From Cyanidioschyzon merolae (Eukaryota): a stretch of DNA of 64,000 bases. A program made the position numbers and the translations under genes. This document shows positions 22,014 through 31,769 of this stretch, in pieces. Numbering within the stretch: position 1 is the first letter of the stretch; each line of letters opens with the position of its first letter. The stretch lies in the NCBI GenBank assembly GCA_000091205.1, contig AP006501.2; one strand, given 5' to 3'. The notes beneath the pieces are model-generated. The model was given only the letters and a program-made list of their open reading frames with translations, did not search any database and was not told the DNA's origin.

Positions 22014-23510
22014 CTAGTGCTCGCACTCTCGGATCAGCGCAAGCACATCGTAGATGATCCGAGCAGTCATTCCCCAGACAATTTTCCCGCTGCTGAGCTC
22101 TCGTGGTAGACAAAACATCGGTGCGGGGGCGGCCTCGGTCGAGAACTGTTCTAAGGGCGCTTGACGTTGCCCCGTCTCTTCTGGGGAGTCTCGCGCTGTT
22201 GTACCAACGATCTCCGAGGTTGTGTTTGCGCCTGCATGACTGGCTTCATTCACGAGATCCGTTCCCAGGGTCGTGTCCTCCCAAGTACAGTTACCTGATT
22301 CGGAGCGGCACGCCTCGAGAACACCGCGCGGCACCACAAGCAGGCTTTGAACCTCAGCCCGGTTCAACGCGAGTTGGCTTGGATTGACACGATCGTCCAA
22401 GTATCCGATGAATGACAAAACTCTAAAATTAGATGAGCGCAGAAGCGGCCGATACTCATGAAACTTTCCCAGTATGCGTATAAAACTAGGATCAAGTCCG
22501 ATCTCCTCTTGAGTCTCTCGCAAGGCGGTTTCCAGAAGAGAGCAATCCCCAGCGCGTACTTTCCCGCCAGGGCAGGAGATTTCGCCCCGGTGGATCCGAA
22601 CGAGCTTCGATCTCTCTGTGAGCACGAAAGCAACTTGGACGCAGGAGTCAGTCTCAGCCGCCTCGGGCCCGCGACAGAGTAAGACGAGCACAGCGGCATT
22701 CGGGGCCGCCACCGAGGGATCGTGATCCACGCGCACCGTGCGCAACGGCATTGTTCGCAGCCGCTGTTCTATGCGGTTCAAGAGATCACTGGTCCTCCTC
22801 GATCGAACATGAACGTGGCGTGCCCACGGCAAAGCTCGCTGAAGAAACGGCACCATGCGGATTTGGGTCCGGGTTCGTCCCAACGAGGTCGTCGACGACG
22901 CCAGCATTGGTTTCGACGGCACCTGTGATGGCGTCATTGTCACTGGTAACGACCTCGAATCTGTAGAATTCTGAGCAAGCGAGCGCCCCGGCATCGATGT
23001 GTTCGAGTTGAAGGCACTTGACCACCAGTTCCGCTGTGCCACCTTCCACAGTGTCTCGACCCAGTCACGCTCAAGAATACGGTGCTGAACAAAACGCACC
23101 AAGTTAGTAGCAAAGCCTCGCCGCGGCTTCCGCGACGTGGTGCATTGCAAGCCTGTAGTTGTGCGCCTCGGGCGCTGCCGTTTCGGTGGCTGGGCTGCCT
23201 GCGAAGCCGGTGGACGTGCTGGTTCAGGAACGAGCCGACCACAGAGTGAAGCGCGGGAGGCGCAACCAAGCGTCCTGTGCTCGACGGCGTCGCAAGCCTT
23301 TCTCAGCTGTACCCATGTGAAACTTGAAACCTTCAACAATCCTAAACCAGTCAGCGGAATGAAAAGCGTTGACAACACTCTAGCCCTGGGCGACTGCGCC
23401 GACACGCTGCCAACTCGCACGGGTGGCGCAGTTCCAACCTCGACTCCGGTCGTCGCCGGTGCCACCCCAGAGCAGAGCATCCCGCTCCCTTGACGTACCA
23501 GCCTACCCAT
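22014..23510 (-). CDS. Nudix hydrolase, CoA pyrophosphatase-like (NUDT7/8/PCD1 type). The N-terminal ~230 aa are low-complexity, so the true start may be internal.
   Basis: Nudix box 'GGKVRAGDCSLLETALRETQEEIGL' (GX5EX7REUXEEXGU). It follows 'AAVLVLLCRG...VAFVLTERS', as in CoA pyrophosphatases. Confidence 0.7.
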   Translation of the reverse strand: MGRLVRQGSGMLCSGVAPATTGVEVGTAPPVRVGSVSAQSPRARVLSTLFIPLTGLGLLKVSSFTWVQLRKACDAVEHRTLGCASRASLCGRLVPEPARPPASQAAQPPKRQRPRRTTTGLQCTTSRKPRRGFATNLVRFVQHRILERDWVETLWKVAQRNWWSSAFNSNTSMPGRSLAQNSTDSRSLPVTMTPSQVPSKPMLASSTTSLGRTRTQIRMVPFLQRALPWARHVHVRSRRTSDLLNRIEQRLRTMPLRTVRVDHDPSVAAPNAAVLVLLCRGPEAAETDSCVQVAFVLTERSKLVRIHRGEISCPGGKVRAGDCSLLETALRETQEEIGLDPSFIRILGKFHEYRPLLRSSNFRVLSFIGYLDDRVNPSQLALNRAEVQSLLVVPRGVLEACRSESGNCTWEDTTLGTDLVNEASHAGANTTSEIVGTTARDSPEETGQRQAPLEQFSTEAAPAPMFCLPRELSSGKIVWGMTARIIYDVLALIRECEH

Positions 23511-23619
23511 AAGATGCAGGGCCGGAAAAAGACTCTAGCGAGCTCCCAGCGGGCAACGAGTTTACACGTCGATAAAACGGCTGTGAACCGAGATTAGGTT
23601 TGGGATATCGCGGAGGTCG

Positions 23620-24690
23620 CTAGCCTGTGTAAGATTGTCCAATATCGTCGAGGACGCTATTGCTAGATTTGAACCTAAAGATATATATACATGCCAACTC
23701 ACAGACGCCTCCGAGTTTCTTACAACAGGCTCCTGCTGTCCGCTTCAGCTTTTCCGTGTACACCTCGAGCTGGAGAGGGTGTCCAGCAATGTTCGCTCGC
23801 ATCACATCCATGGGTCTCGTCTCCAGCACCGCATATCGTCTGATATTCATGGCGGCGTTCAAGTTGCGGTTCACCATTTCCGTTCGTTTATAGTTTCCGA
23901 TGGGACTCATCAATGCGAGGATTCCGAGAACTCGCGCCCCCAGTGCCTTTTGCTGCTCTGTATGGTTCCCGCGCTTTTCTATCGCCGGAGCGCACCGCTG
24001 CCTTATCTCCATCTCGGCCTTCTGAAGTGTACATCCTGGTTCATCCCTCGGATTTTCTATTTCCTCAAATGACCCCGATTGTCTAAGACCTTTGGTGATG
24101 ACCTAGCCGGAGGATGAGGGACTTGCGGAAGAGAGACGACATGTGTCCCGGTGTCACCGTGTGCTGAACGCTTCGGCGATTCGTCCAGTGCAGCGATTGT
24201 TACGTTTCACAATAGAAAACACTCTTCCGATGGAGTTCATCTACGGAGTGCACGGAGGAAGAGCATGCAGCTCTACCCCGATGGCATCGGAAAAAGACCG
24301 AACGCAACGGGTGTGGTCAAATGCCACGTTGTCGAACAGAGCGACGTTGCGAGACGTCAGCGAAAACTCTCTAATGGCTGGACGAAATTGCTGGTGCTGT
24401 TATATGAGCCTTCTGTACGAGCGAAACTAAGGCCGCCAAGTATATCCACTTCAGCTGGAAGAGAGGATAATGTCGTCGTTATCTTCGAGTTCGATCCTGC
24501 ATGGAACGGGCTCTATCTCCGCGACTACCCATATACGCTCCGAACGTCTTGTACGAAAAAAGTTTCATCGATCGAAACAAACCGCTCGATGCCCTCTGCT
24601 TCGTACTGATCGCGAGGTTCCAGGAACCCTGTCGTTGCGATTTCTTGTGGAAGATAGCGGAGTGTGAACTAGAACTTTTTTCCACTGTGT
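23620..24690 (-). mobile_element. TnpB/Fanzor-like gene relic, copy B. RuvC-III Asp is replaced by Asn, and the upstream part is frameshifted.
   Basis: ORF 23620-24012 (-): 'EIRQRCAPAIEKRGNHTEQQKALGARVLGILALMSPIGNYKRTEMVNRNLNAAMNIRRYAVLETRP...GHPLQLEVYTEKLKRTAG'. It aligns residue by residue with copy A ('EMEKCQRSFEDIAKYGPMTGEQMETRANVRGLLALVSTVNGNEKRMEYVNRDFNAALNIRKCAV'). Minus-strand frames at 24479-24685 ('SMKLFSYKTFGAYMGSRG') match copy A 'ERLVVTYGAGRWMTQKG' and copy C 'SMRLSWDETVGAYMDIRG'. Confidence 0.5.
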
Positions 24691-25427
24691 TCTAACGTTT
24701 TTAGGACCACACGAGCAAGCTGTTGCGAAAAATCGACGCGTGTGGCGACTAGCAGCGTCGCTTTTTGCTTTTCGTAAGGTTATCAACGGGTCCGTTGCTA
24801 CCAGTTACCGCAAACACGCTTTGAGCACATCGGTTTTTGGCGCGATGTGCATCTACTTTCTTTCAGTGTCTCTCAACCATCTGACTATTGTGGTATGTCA
24901 TACCTGAAGGAGAAGTGCTGTCCTCATTGCACTGTTCATTAAAGAATATATATATCCTACAGGCAAATCTAATACGATGCATACTGTAAAATGCATTGCG
25001 ATTCCGACCTCCTGCACTGCATCGCACCGGCGGTGGAACGAAACCAAGCTGGATGACGCGAAGCAGGCAGGCAAGGCAAATCATAGATGACTGAATTGTC
25101 TCTTCATTCGCGAATCTCTAACAAACAGCTCGTTCCTCGAAACTCCAGTTCTACACTCTCGCTTTCCAGCACCGTCTGTAGCGATGAACTCTGTCGATAT
25201 GGATCGCTGAGCGTGCTCTGTTTGACTGTCTCGCACGCTGCGGCAGTGGACACGCTCTTAGCTTGACACCTGGTGCAGCAGATGCGACTGCTGTACCTGT
25301 GAAACGGAGCCCGGTCGCCACCGCGCACTAGTCGCCGGGCTGGTTTTCCTGAGATCTGCGTTTCTATTTCTTCCCAGCGACGCTATTTGGAGCGAAATAA
25401 CGCAAACTTTTATTATTAGAGGAGTAA

Positions 25428-26183
25428 TTGAACGATTTCGGAGCTGTTCAACGGGGGAACGGTGAGGAGTTAGCGTCGCGGTTGCACACGCCGGTCAGCT
25501 GCACTTTTTGCACGCGCAGCGTAAACCCCGTGTCGCCCGGTTCCCAGAGACGGTTTTGGACCGAACTTATGGCCGCAGACTCCACTGAATCCAGCGACTT
25601 TGCTGTCATACCCTTTGGATCCGAGTACTTGCATTTTTTTGCGGTGAAGACGCTGATCGACGGCTTGCTGAGCGAGCCTTACTCCACGTTCACCTACCGG
25701 TACTTTCTACGCCAATGGAGCGAACTGTGTTTCCTAGCGGTTCGGAAACTTCCGCATGCTGCATCGTGTACACCGCTCCGATCTGAGGATTTGTTCGGTT
25801 GCATCATTGGCAAGGCAGAGGTGCACAGAGACTCGCTCCGCGGATATATTGCAATGATTGCCGTCGACATGACGCATCGTCGACGCGGTCTAGGCACATT
25901 ACTCGTACAGCGAACGCTGCAAGCCATGCAAGAGCGAGGATGTGATGAGGTAGTCCTCGAAACTGAAGTAACGAATCACTCCGCGCTACGAATGTATGAG
26001 AAGCTAGGCTTCTTGCGCGACAAGCGTCTCGAACGGTACTACTTGAACGGATCGGATGCGTTTCGACTGCGCCGCCGCCTGGTGCCGCTGCCGATGCCCA
26101 ACATCGACTCACCAGCACCCCAGCTGCCATTGAATCAGAAAACGTCGGAACCCGAGAGAATCACCGAAAGCTACTCTGATTGA
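25428..26183 (+). CDS. NAA30: N-alpha-acetyltransferase 30 (NatC catalytic subunit, MAK3-like), GNAT fold
   Basis: 'GYIAMIAVDMTHRRRGLGTLLVQRTLQAMQERGCDEVVLETEVTNHSALRMYEKLGFLRDKRLERYYLNGSDAFRL' shows GNAT motifs A and B with the MAK3/NAA30-type Q/RxxGxG/A. Confidence 0.8.
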   Translation: MNDFGAVQRGNGEELASRLHTPVSCTFCTRSVNPVSPGSQRRFWTELMAADSTESSDFAVIPFGSEYLHFFAVKTLIDGLLSEPYSTFTYRYFLRQWSELCFLAVRKLPHAASCTPLRSEDLFGCIIGKAEVHRDSLRGYIAMIAVDMTHRRRGLGTLLVQRTLQAMQERGCDEVVLETEVTNHSALRMYEKLGFLRDKRLERYYLNGSDAFRLRRRLVPLPMPNIDSPAPQLPLNQKTSEPERITESYSD

Positions 26184-26505
26184 AAAGAGCGTTCGAATAC
26201 GGGCTTTTCACAAGTGTTCCCGTGATTTGCATCCAGGTCCTAGTTGCTGTCGTCGAATATAATCTATACATCATCTCTGGGGAAGCCTGGGCTCCACCAG
26301 AAACGCGTTTGAAACAGTGTTTAGATGCGTATGTTCTTCGCGAGCTGAACGTCGCAGTACGACGCCTTCCATCGACTAACGTAAGTTGATGATGTGCCGC
26401 AGGCTACATCGCGAGGAACTCGCGCTTCTCGGATTGATTGCGCGATTTTATCCATTGTCGAGTAGGGAAGATACGCGCGGAAATCTTCCCTCTAGCCTCG
26501 AGTGG

Positions 26506-26810
26506 GTCATAGCGTTATCACCAACGCGATGCAGCCCACAAAGTTCTATTTGATGACATTTCACGTTGCGGAGTATATCTGCAGATGGCTTGTACGTGTG
26601 CGCATGTGCACATGTACATGCATCTACATTGGCATTACCGATTGTCATAGCGTTATTACCAACGCGATGCAACCTAGAAAGTTCTATTTGATGACATTTC
26701 ACGTTGCGGTGGATACCTGTGGATAGCTCATGCATGCATGCATGCATCATTGCATGTGTCCATGCGTGCACGCGCACGCATCTCCTTGGCGGCGGCGGCG
26801 GCGGCAATGA
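26506..26810. repeat. Composite repeat: an ~85-bp core present twice (26506-26590 and 26644-26728, period 138 bp), followed by (CATG)n and (GGC)6 microsatellites
   Basis: Direct read: 'gtcatagcgttatcaccaacgcgatgcagcccacaaagttctatttgatgacatttcacgttgcgg...' is repeated. Then 'catgcatgcatgcatgcat' and 'ggcggcggcggcggcggc'. Confidence 0.85.
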
Positions 26811-26910
26811 AGGTCATGGAGACACCTTGTATAACGATTGCGTTGCCGGGGTCCATGAGATGTTCTGCATGCCGCGTCAACTTTGACCTTTAGTTTTCGC
26901 TACTATCTTT

Positions 26911-28992
26911 GTGCGAGCTCGAGTGGCAAACTGTCGCGTTCGTTGCTTTTCAGCCTTGCGATTCCGTTCTTCAGGAATTCATTCATCCAGAGCCATTGCC
27001 TCGAACAGGCAACCTATGAAAGAAGCAAAGCTCATGGCGGGTGAAGTACTCGAGCGCTGGCCGGAGCCGACCTCTCTTCATGCACTCGTTGAGCGGCTGT
27101 TCGTCGAGCTCTTTAGATATGGCTCTTTATCAGCAATCGCGTTTCATTTCGACTTCAGTCTTGGAGTTCTGGAGCTGCACTGGCGCACAATCCCCGATAC
27201 GAACGCGGCACCGTCGCTTGACGTGAAGGATTGGCTCACGAACTGCTGCACGAGAACGGTTTTGGCTGCTTCTAGCCTGCGGATAGAGGGTGTATTCGCT
27301 CACCGTCCGATTATACGTCGCCAGCTCGAAGCGCAAGCCGGTCGGCTAGCCTCAGAATTGCTTTCGACCGTGTTGCGTCCGTGGGCTGCCCTATACGTAA
27401 ACGTCTCGTGGGAGGTAGCTCTCATGGGAAGCGGCACTCTCGCCTTTGCGCGGCACTTCAGATGGGATAATCCGAATGACGAGGCAGCATCCGAGCAGCC
27501 ATGGCTCCATCGAATGCGCCAATTGCTGAACGAAACAGCGGCTGTTGTGCGGTTTTCCACACACGTCATCGCGGGGAACTTGCCCGCGAGCCCGATGCCA
27601 TCAAGATCGGCATCGGGTGAATGGCATCTTGCTCTGGTCCACGGCTTCCGCCAATGCTGTTGGATCTTTGGCTGGAACGGGCGACCGTTGAAGATCGACA
27701 TCGAATGTCTGCAGCGGACGCTCGGCGTTCCGCATCGCGAGCAGCTTGCTTGCGGCATTGCACAGTGGCGTGACGGAAACGCTACATGGGGAGCATTCCA
27801 GGCAGATGGCTTCGATCATGCCCGAACAGCGGACTGCTGGTTGTGCAGTGGCCCAGCCGAATCATGCGAAGTGTTCCAAGCACTTCAGTTAAAGCTACGA
27901 GAACTCTTGGGGGTAAGCACCTCCACGTTGCAAACGGATTCGGTCTGGGGTAGCGTGCGCGAGCAAGCGCTGGCCAGTATCACTGCGTCTCGGCGGTCGT
28001 GCCAGCGACACGATGTCGTGCCGTCAACCGCGTCACTCCGCGATCCCGTACTCGCAGATGGCATTACGTCGACGACCCGCGCGCTGGCATTCTCCGAGAC
28101 CCTCGGCCGACCGCGAACGCCGCCAAGCCGATGCCGCACGCGTCCTTGCACGCGAGATACGTCGAACTTTCCGCCGTCGCTGAGCGTCTTCACGACGCGC
28201 GCCCTTGAGCGCCTACAGCCGGGCTGGGAGAGCGACCTCTACGGGGCGCAGGGACACTGCCCTGTGCCGATCCTCCCCGACCTTGACAATGCGCGCGTTG
28301 ATCCCACAGCTGCCAGAACGGCGGTCCAACTCCACGCCCGTGAACTTGAAGATGCAGTTGTCGTCGGTCAATTTGATGCCAAATTCATTGTGTTCCGAGT
28401 GCGCTCTGAAATTTTTCTATTGGATCAACACGCAGCGGATGAGCGGGCTCGTTTCGAGCAACTCACGCAGATGTATCAAGAGTCACTGGACCCCCGGAAG
28501 TACCCAACTGCTCTGAATCGCAGCGTTTCTCTTCGGGTCCCGTTGCTTGTCGATCTCGGTTCTCGTTGCCTATCTGCAACGACATGTGCATTCCTGCGGC
28601 ATTTTGGATGGTCCTGGGATGAAGCCTCATCCGAAAAGCCAATAGATACGCATATAGCGAGCACAGCTATCGCTGGTACTGAGCACCGATCGACTCTTCG
28701 AGTTCGCAGTGTGCCAAGCGTTCTCGGTCAGCAGCCGCTCCTCCAAGCTTCAGATCTGCTCGAGTGCATTGACTTGATGTTGGAAACGGATCACGCGGTT
28801 AGCATGGTACCTGCTGCACAGCGAGTCCTCGAAACGCTTGCTTGTCGTCACGCCATCATGTTCGGTGACCGTTTGGATCTCGCAGCCTGCCAACAGCTTT
28901 TGAAGCGTTTATCGAAATGCAGGTTGCCTTTCCAGTGCGCCCATGGGCGACCTTCGGTAGCTGCTCTGAGCTGCCCGAGGCGACCCCGGTGA
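26911..28992 (+). CDS. MutL-homolog C-terminal endonuclease domain protein (PMS1/PMS2/MLH3 type). No GHKL ATPase domain is recognisable in the 693-aa ORF.
   Basis: Endonuclease motifs are intact: 'DQHAADERARFEQL' (DQHAx2Ex4E), 'ACRHAIMFGDRL' (ACR/SCK motif), 'CAHGRPS' (CPHGRP), preceded by 'VVVGQFDAKFIVF'. The N-terminal 450 aa lack 'ELVENSLDA', 'DNGxGI' and 'GFRGEAL'. Confidence 0.75.
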   Translation: MRARVANCRVRCFSALRFRSSGIHSSRAIASNRQPMKEAKLMAGEVLERWPEPTSLHALVERLFVELFRYGSLSAIAFHFDFSLGVLELHWRTIPDTNAAPSLDVKDWLTNCCTRTVLAASSLRIEGVFAHRPIIRRQLEAQAGRLASELLSTVLRPWAALYVNVSWEVALMGSGTLAFARHFRWDNPNDEAASEQPWLHRMRQLLNETAAVVRFSTHVIAGNLPASPMPSRSASGEWHLALVHGFRQCCWIFGWNGRPLKIDIECLQRTLGVPHREQLACGIAQWRDGNATWGAFQADGFDHARTADCWLCSGPAESCEVFQALQLKLRELLGVSTSTLQTDSVWGSVREQALASITASRRSCQRHDVVPSTASLRDPVLADGITSTTRALAFSETLGRPRTPPSRCRTRPCTRDTSNFPPSLSVFTTRALERLQPGWESDLYGAQGHCPVPILPDLDNARVDPTAARTAVQLHARELEDAVVVGQFDAKFIVFRVRSEIFLLDQHAADERARFEQLTQMYQESLDPRKYPTALNRSVSLRVPLLVDLGSRCLSATTCAFLRHFGWSWDEASSEKPIDTHIASTAIAGTEHRSTLRVRSVPSVLGQQPLLQASDLLECIDLMLETDHAVSMVPAAQRVLETLACRHAIMFGDRLDLAACQQLLKRLSKCRLPFQCAHGRPSVAALSCPRRPR

Positions 28993-29456
28993 TCGCCAAT
29001 TCAGTGCTGCATCACCGAGAAGCTTGCGACAGAGCCTGCTTTTCTGTGCTTAAAGCGCTAGTTTCGTCACTCACGTATATCGACAATGATACTTGTGGAC
29101 TTGTTTCGGCTTTTCCATTGCGCGTGTTTGCAGGTTCGGAACAAACGCTAGCCATGCCGATGTTGCAGAGTTGGTTCGAAATCCACTAAACATGCCGCTT
29201 CACCATACGGAAGCACCAGCAAACCCATGAATGCATGCACGACCAGCGTGGACTTGGTCAACGGTTTGCAGGGCGTTCCCGTCGACAGCCCTGATGCGCG
29301 TACTTGAAACCGAGCTGGGTTAGCGTTCGGGCTTCACGTATATGCAAAGACCAGCATACCGCGTATACTCCGATGCTCGCTCCGTACACTATCGAGTACA
29401 AAGCAAATATCCAATGTACATTTTGTACATGATTGGAATCGCCGCTTATCAACATA

Positions 29457-31277
29457 CTATCTCCGTCCGTGCAAAAGCGCCAAAACAACGCGGCGCATTT
29501 TTTCATACGCTACCTCAATATCATCATTCACAATACGTAAATCGAAACCTGTAATTTTCTCAGCGATATCCATTTCCTGGCGGGCGGCCTCCAGGCGCCG
29601 ATCGAGTTCCGAGGGACTCTCGGTCTCGCGCCGCCGGAGTCGCTGCTCGAGCTCCATCAGCGAGGGCGGTGCAATCCAGATATAGAACGCATCCAATTCC
29701 TGTCGATCCATCATGGTTTGTGCACCCTGCAAATCCAGACTCAGAATGCAAACTCGAGGCGATGGCGATTGCGTAACAGCTCGCACAGCACCAAACGTCG
29801 TCCCGTAGTAGTTGCCGTAAACGCAGGCATATTCGATGAATTTGCCTGCGGCGACATCCGCCAAAAAATTTTCCTTCGACACGAAATGGTAAGACACACC
29901 GTCAACTTCTCCTGGACGCGGCGCTCGCGTTGTTGTCGATACCGAATAGCCCAGATGGTTCGGAAACTCTGCTAGAAGCCGCCCTATGAGCGTCGACTTG
30001 CCCACCCCAGAAGGGCCAGTTACCACAATGGCGGTTACAGCAGGCGGATTTCGCGCCAAATCTGGCAAGTTGCGGGCGCTGCGTGCAGCGCGTCGCGACG
30101 CCACGTCATGGTTGGAGGCGTATTCTGCGTGCTGTGATGCTGCATTGCGCGCTGCGCTCGCTGGTGCGATGCGTGCTGCCTCTGCATAGTCACGTATGGA
30201 AACATACCATAGGGGTATCTTGTACGAGAGAAACCCCAAGATGCATGAAAAGACCTGACTCGATGTCAGCGTGCCTCGCTGCGATAGCACGAGGCTCAGG
30301 ATTGCCACCATGGGCGCCGCATAGCGCGCAGCAGAGAAGACGGACACCGCGCGTGGCTGCTCGGTGGTACTCGCTGGAGCTGCCGCAGCGCCAGCCAGAT
30401 CAGTGGATCCAGCGATGGGCTGCAGGCGATCAACGGATCGCTGTAATAAGCGAAGATAGAGGACGCCAGCCGATGAGCCAGCCGCAAAAGCGAGAGCGTC
30501 GGCGATTCCCGCGCGCAGGAAACAAACACAGACGCCAATGCCGGACGTAACGAGTGTGCCCTGCAGGAGCCACCTCTTCAATTTCTGGTACTCTTGCAGG
30601 CCTTGGTCGCGCTCGGCGATCATCTCTGGGCTCAGCGGTGCGCTCCTAGCGGGTGGCGGAAGCGCCTCTAACGTCCACACTCGGTTCTGTGGGTCATACG
30701 CTACTCTGTCGCATACGACGATTTCGGTGCTCGTGCGCCATACTGTTTTTCGATTCGAACTCTCGATGAACTTGTTGGTATCGCCGACGCGTTCTAATGG
30801 CTTTATATCTGTAATAACCTGGACAGAGTTCGCACGTGGTGTGACGCCCTCCACAACGCCTATGAGACGCTCCTCTCGCCATCTGCCTGGATAGAGCACA
30901 ATATCTCCAACCTGTGGATCGTTACGTATCGCGTTCGCAGCGTTGTCTTGCTGCGCTGTCAACATCCGACTGGTGCTGTGTGGGGCTGCTTCCTGAGCGC
31001 CTCGCTGAAGCAGGCGAACTTGAGGGGCTCGCAGCTGGGCTCTCCGGCTTCTACAACCTAGCGCTGGACGCCGACTGGTGCTTTCACTGCGTCGTTTTTC
31101 GGAAGCGCGTCGCCTCAGCGAGTGGTCAGTCACCCGGCACGCTGTCGAGCGCAGCAAGGGCACGAAACTGAAAGTTGAGCGCGGTGGTCCACGGTGTGCT
31201 GGGTACCGCCTTCGTTCAACGCGACGCCCAAGTCCCCAAGGCGGTGACTCGTATAGTCGCCGTACGTTCGGTGACAT
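29457..31277 (-). CDS. Guanylate kinase (C-terminal ~200 aa) fused to an N-terminal extension of about 400 aa that contains predicted transmembrane segments
   Basis: GK motifs 'IVVTGPSGVGKSTLIGRLL', 'YSVSTTTRAPRPGEVDGVSYHFVSKENF', 'GKFIEYACVYGNYYGTT', 'ILSLDLQGAQTM'. The extension holds hydrophobic stretches 'LVTSGIGVCVCFLRAGIADALAFAAG' and 'PMVAILSLVLSQRG...VFSCILGFLSYKIPLWYV'. Confidence 0.85.
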   Translation of the reverse strand: MSPNVRRLYESPPWGLGRRVERRRYPAHRGPPRSTFSFVPLLRSTACRVTDHSLRRRASEKRRSESTSRRPALGCRSRRAQLRAPQVRLLQRGAQEAAPHSTSRMLTAQQDNAANAIRNDPQVGDIVLYPGRWREERLIGVVEGVTPRANSVQVITDIKPLERVGDTNKFIESSNRKTVWRTSTEIVVCDRVAYDPQNRVWTLEALPPPARSAPLSPEMIAERDQGLQEYQKLKRWLLQGTLVTSGIGVCVCFLRAGIADALAFAAGSSAGVLYLRLLQRSVDRLQPIAGSTDLAGAAAAPASTTEQPRAVSVFSAARYAAPMVAILSLVLSQRGTLTSSQVFSCILGFLSYKIPLWYVSIRDYAEAARIAPASAARNAASQHAEYASNHDVASRRAARSARNLPDLARNPPAVTAIVVTGPSGVGKSTLIGRLLAEFPNHLGYSVSTTTRAPRPGEVDGVSYHFVSKENFLADVAAGKFIEYACVYGNYYGTTFGAVRAVTQSPSPRVCILSLDLQGAQTMMDRQELDAFYIWIAPPSLMELEQRLRRRETESPSELDRRLEAARQEMDIAEKITGFDLRIVNDDIEVAYEKMRRVVLALLHGRR

Positions 31278-31769
31278 GAAGGTAAAGAAAGACTCAACGA
31301 GAAGGCGAACGAGTCAACACACTGCGAGCGGCAGCCAAGTACACTCGTCCCTGTCCGGAAATCCGCATTGCGCAGTGGAGGCAATGCATTCTGCGTCGCT
31401 GGCGCCTGTTATGGATCGTCCTCGGCGCTTGCGCTGTCCTTCATCCATCCAAGATTATAGTCTTTCAGCTCAATTGTGTTTCAATCCCGCTGCGGTTCGT
31501 AGCAGGAGATCGATATTATAATGCAATATACCGGCTAAATCGCAGACGAATTGCATGCAGGTTATATTCTTTTCTGAGTAGTTCAAGGAGATTTGGATTG
31601 CTCCTCCTGGCCAGTCATATCATAGGACTCTGATGGTTCAGGAACACTGAAAGAAACAAGAATATAGGCTCTGCATCAAAAACATGAATTCTCAAGGCGT
31701 GCTTGCGGTAAATGGTAGAAAACGGTCCGTCGATCAGCCTACGGAAAGCGAATAACGATAACAGTTGCT

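Noticed and set aside
24151-24609. An intact 152-aa ORF on the strand opposite TnpB-like copy B. A homologous but broken frame lies opposite copy C (32431 down to 31917; 'YEPPPRAKLRP...ILVLFEFD' versus 'YEPSVRAKLRP...VVVIFEFD').
   Set aside because: The same loci show equally 'conserved' antisense frames opposite the RuvC-III motif ('LRAALKSRF', 'FMAAFKLRF', 'LMAALKFRF' in copies A, B and C), so protein-level conservation here is what antisense translation of a conserved coding sequence produces. In the short stretch I compared by hand, substitutions did not favour this frame. It is most likely an antisense artefact. A real divergent partner gene (IS605-style tnpA position) is not excluded. 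A homology search of the 152-aa sequence and codon-position substitution counts over the full alignment would settle it.
29110-29190. tRNA-like T-arm string 'ggttcgaaatcc'
   Set aside because: The surrounding 75 nt do not fold into acceptor, D and anticodon stems by eye, and the D-loop consensus is absent. It lies at the 3' end of the MutL-like ORF. A tRNAscan run would be needed, but it is unlikely.
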